From Nitrosopumilaceae archaeon (lineage in GTDB: Archaea; Thermoproteota; Nitrososphaeria; Nitrososphaerales; Nitrosopumilaceae), in NCBI GenBank assembly GCA_965214835.1, contig CBDCCK010000002.1:1696001-1760000 (forward strand): a stretch of DNA of 64,000 bases, read 5' to 3'. Position 1 is the first letter of the stretch. Each line of letters opens with the position of its first letter. The notes below the pieces were generated by a model. The model had not been told where the DNA came from and made no database searches. It worked only from the letters and a program-made list of their open reading frames with translations. This document shows, piece after piece, positions 61,486-64,000 of the stretch. The translations under genes and the position numbers were made by a program.

Positions 61486-62163
61486 ATGTCAGAAGAGGAT
61501 CACAGGCAGTACTACTTTGATTTTTCATTCTTCAAGGTCGATCCAAAATGGAGGTGGATGGCAGACTTGGCAAAGGAGGAATCAGCAAGGGAGGTCGAGA
61601 TTGTAGTAAAAAACTCGGGAATCCGTGCAAGGACCTATTCGACCCTGGGCCTGAGGGATGATGCGGACTTTTTGTTCTGGTTTGCGGCAGAATCTGTCGA
61701 GGATATTCAAAGCGTGATTACAAAGCTATACTCGACGGTGTTTGGAAAGTATATCGTCCCATCAAGAACGTACCTGTCCTGCACCCGGCCCTCGATCTAT
61801 GCAAAGAAAAGAAGACCAATGTCGTTTGTAGCAGGGGACGATCCAAAAAAATACCTGGTAGTGTATCCCTTTGTAAAGAGCAGGGAGTGGTATCTGCTGA
61901 CAAAGGAGAAAAGGCAGGAGTTGATGGACGAACACATTGAGGTCAGCCAAAAATATCCAAAGATAGTGCTGAATACGACATACTCGTTTGGCATAGGGGA
62001 TCAGGACTTTATGCTTGCATTTGAGATGGACAACCTGCGGGACTTTCAGGATCTGATTATGGATCTCAAGGAAACACAGGTGTCTAGGTTCGTAGCCGAA
62101 GACGTGCCGATGACGCCGTGCGTCAAAAAGGACATCATTCCGCTGATTTCAAGCATGGGATGA
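61486..62163 (+). CDS. Chlorite dismutase / coproheme decarboxylase-family protein
   Basis: GLRDDADF, YPFVKSREWYLL..E.R..LM.EH, TTYSFGIGDQDF. Confidence 0.9.
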   Translation: MSEEDHRQYYFDFSFFKVDPKWRWMADLAKEESAREVEIVVKNSGIRARTYSTLGLRDDADFLFWFAAESVEDIQSVITKLYSTVFGKYIVPSRTYLSCTRPSIYAKKRRPMSFVAGDDPKKYLVVYPFVKSREWYLLTKEKRQELMDEHIEVSQKYPKIVLNTTYSFGIGDQDFMLAFEMDNLRDFQDLIMDLKETQVSRFVAEDVPMTPCVKKDIIPLISSMG

Positions 62164-62251
62164 GTGGGGAGGACTAGATGCCGATGCCGCAAATCCCGGA
62201 TAGACATAAATTCAAAAAAAAAACTCCAACCAGCCTAGGAGGCGATGCACG

Positions 62252-63250
62252 ATGAAATACAACAAGCTGGGAAAAAGCGGAATCGAGGTCTCGGAGATAG
62301 GGTTTGGGGCATGGACCATTGCGCTTGACTGGTGGGGGAAAAAAATACCGGAAGACGAGGCACGAAGGATGCTAAAAAAGGCGTATGACCTGGGGGTTAA
62401 CTTTTTTGAGACGGGGGACATGTATGGAGGCGGGAAGAGCGAGAGGCTGATCGGCGAGGTCTTTGGCGGCATGAGAGACGAGATAGTAATCTCGACAAAA
62501 TACGGGTATGATTTTGAGGGGGTGGACCAAATAGGCCACAGCGAGCTGCCCCAGCGGTTCGATGAGGGGTTTACCAGAAGGGCATTGAAAAACAGCCTGG
62601 AAAGGCTGCAGACGGATCACGTTGACGTCTACGGACTGCACAACCCCAAACTAAACCACGTCAGAGACGACTCTATCTTCTCAACATTGGACTCGCTAAG
62701 GGGGGAGGGGAAGCTCAGGACGTGCCAGGTCGCGCTGGGGCCGGCAATAGGGTGGACCCGGGAGGGGGTGGAGGCCATGAGGCGCCCAAACATAAGTGCC
62801 GTGCAAACGGTCTACAACATTCTTGAGCAGACCCCTGGAAACGAATTACTGGAAAACGCAGGCAAAAGTGACGTGGGGATCCTAGTCAGGGTACCGGACG
62901 CGTCAGGAATCCTTACAGGCAAGGTGGGGGCAGACACCAAGATTGACGAGCGGGATCACCGCTCGGTACGCAAGGGGGAATGGATCAAAGAATCGCTGAA
63001 AAAGGTCGAGCAGCTGCGGCCCATTGCAGAAAGAAACGGCCTGGGCATCACGGAGCTGGCAATCAGGTTCATTTTATCTAAAAAGGGAGTTGCATCGGTG
63101 CTTCCCACCGTCGTAAGCATCGAGGAGATCGAGCAGTTTGCATCCATGTCTGATGGGGGATACATCGGGGGGTCAGACATGGGGGAGATCGACGAGCTGT
63201 TCAGCTCATGGCCGGAATACGAGCTAAAGTCAACCGCACAGACGGCATGA
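62252..63250 (+). CDS. Aldo/keto reductase
   Basis: LGKSGIEVSEIGFG, YGGGKSE, SLERLQTDHVD..LH, Q..YNIL. Confidence 0.93.
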   Translation: MKYNKLGKSGIEVSEIGFGAWTIALDWWGKKIPEDEARRMLKKAYDLGVNFFETGDMYGGGKSERLIGEVFGGMRDEIVISTKYGYDFEGVDQIGHSELPQRFDEGFTRRALKNSLERLQTDHVDVYGLHNPKLNHVRDDSIFSTLDSLRGEGKLRTCQVALGPAIGWTREGVEAMRRPNISAVQTVYNILEQTPGNELLENAGKSDVGILVRVPDASGILTGKVGADTKIDERDHRSVRKGEWIKESLKKVEQLRPIAERNGLGITELAIRFILSKKGVASVLPTVVSIEEIEQFASMSDGGYIGGSDMGEIDELFSSWPEYELKSTAQTA

Positions 63251-63588
63251 CCTCAAACGACGTGGATCCCCGGGGTACGATTGAGCTGATTGAAAGGATG
63301 AAGCTTGCCAGGGTTGGCGAGCATGCCAGATTGGAAAGGCTTGCAAAAAAGATCAGAAACATGCAGGCGCTAGGGGAGGACGAGGTGGAGTATCTTGCGA
63401 GGTTTGCAAGGGTCTACAACGGCTCAGGGGTGACATCTAGGAGTAGGATTCTGCACGTAAGGCTGTCAGAGGAGGATCAAAGGCCAAGGTGCCAGGTCTG
63501 CGAGGAAAAGTCAGAGTTTTACTGCAACCAAAATGACGTGTACCTTTGCGCCGCGCACATAGTCGGGCACGATGAGAACGAGAGGTGA
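63247..63588 (+). CDS. Hypothetical protein with a C-terminal Cys/His zinc finger
   Basis: CQVC......YC......LC..H...H; ATG overlaps the upstream stop. Confidence 0.7.
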   Translation: MTSNDVDPRGTIELIERMKLARVGEHARLERLAKKIRNMQALGEDEVEYLARFARVYNGSGVTSRSRILHVRLSEEDQRPRCQVCEEKSEFYCNQNDVYLCAAHIVGHDENER

Positions 63589-64000
63589 TCAGGCAGGTAT
63601 TGTCTCCTCCAGCGAGAAATCACCCTCTACAAAGTACTCCACGCGGGTCTTTTTGAACTCGCGTGAGCTGAAGAGTATCTTGTACTGATGAACGCCGATC
63701 TGCTCCTCGATCTGCGATGCCACGGCGTTTGCCTCATCGACGCTCTTGCAGTGAATCATGGAGAACACGTTGTAGGGCCAGTCCGGATAGGTCGGCCTCT
63801 GGTAGCAGTGGCTCACCTGCGGAAACGCGCCTAGCTTTTCCCCTACGGCCTCTATATCGCCCTCTGGTACCTTCCAGACAATCATTCCGTTGGCCGTAAA
63901 GCCTGCATCCCTGTGTCTGAGTATGGCCGCAAACCTCCTCAGGACCCCGATTTCCTCATACTCCCGGAGTTTTGCAAAAATCTCACGGACCGTCATCCCC
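63589..64000 (-). CDS. Siroheme decarboxylase AhbA/AhbB (Lrp/AsnC-like), C-terminal part only
   Basis: RRFAAILRHR..GF.AN.M.VW.VP, VSHCYQRP...WPYN.FSMIH, EFKKT. Confidence 0.9.
   Translation of the reverse strand, partial: GMTVREIFAKLREYEEIGVLRRFAAILRHRDAGFTANGMIVWKVPEGDIEAVGEKLGAFPQVSHCYQRPTYPDWPYNVFSMIHCKSVDEANAVASQIEEQIGVHQYKILFSSREFKKTRVEYFVEGDFSLEETIPA

Overview
Archaeal chromosomal window from a Thaumarchaeote (Nitrosopumilaceae-like ammonia oxidiser), judged from TFB, Gar1, SRP19, S8e, ScpAB, an intron-containing tRNA-Leu and typical thaumarchaeal hypothetical proteins. The heavy load of IS elements, MITEs and pseudogenes suggests a host-associated lineage such as a sponge symbiont (inference). 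Intact core clusters: pstCAB-phoU with a regulator, sbtAB, arsR-arsC-aquaporin, hemL/C/cobA/D, hemB/A/sirC, ahbAB, a chlorite dismutase-like protein, sufBDSU with sufC, and pgk. Between them lie accessory patches: IS66 (intact, 8-bp TSD), IS630, IS1595, ISH3-like, IS5 and IS481 elements or remnants, and at least four MITE families. Most interesting signals: (1) a mirror-symmetric cassette at 25.6-30.5 kb in which a NarX-type P-box histidine kinase, a response regulator and a putative regulator are bracketed by a ~58-bp inverted repeat, each copy forming the promoter of an outward-facing secreted pre-pro-protein gene; (2) a coiled-coil protein with 13 SPKK histone-H1-like repeats; (3) a protein built from tandem domains that look like phage tail-tube/Hcp folds; (4) a nested tandem repeat next to tRNA-Leu; (5) scpB with only a CTG start, in frame directly after the scpA amber stop. 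All family calls are from motif recognition by eye; no searches were run.
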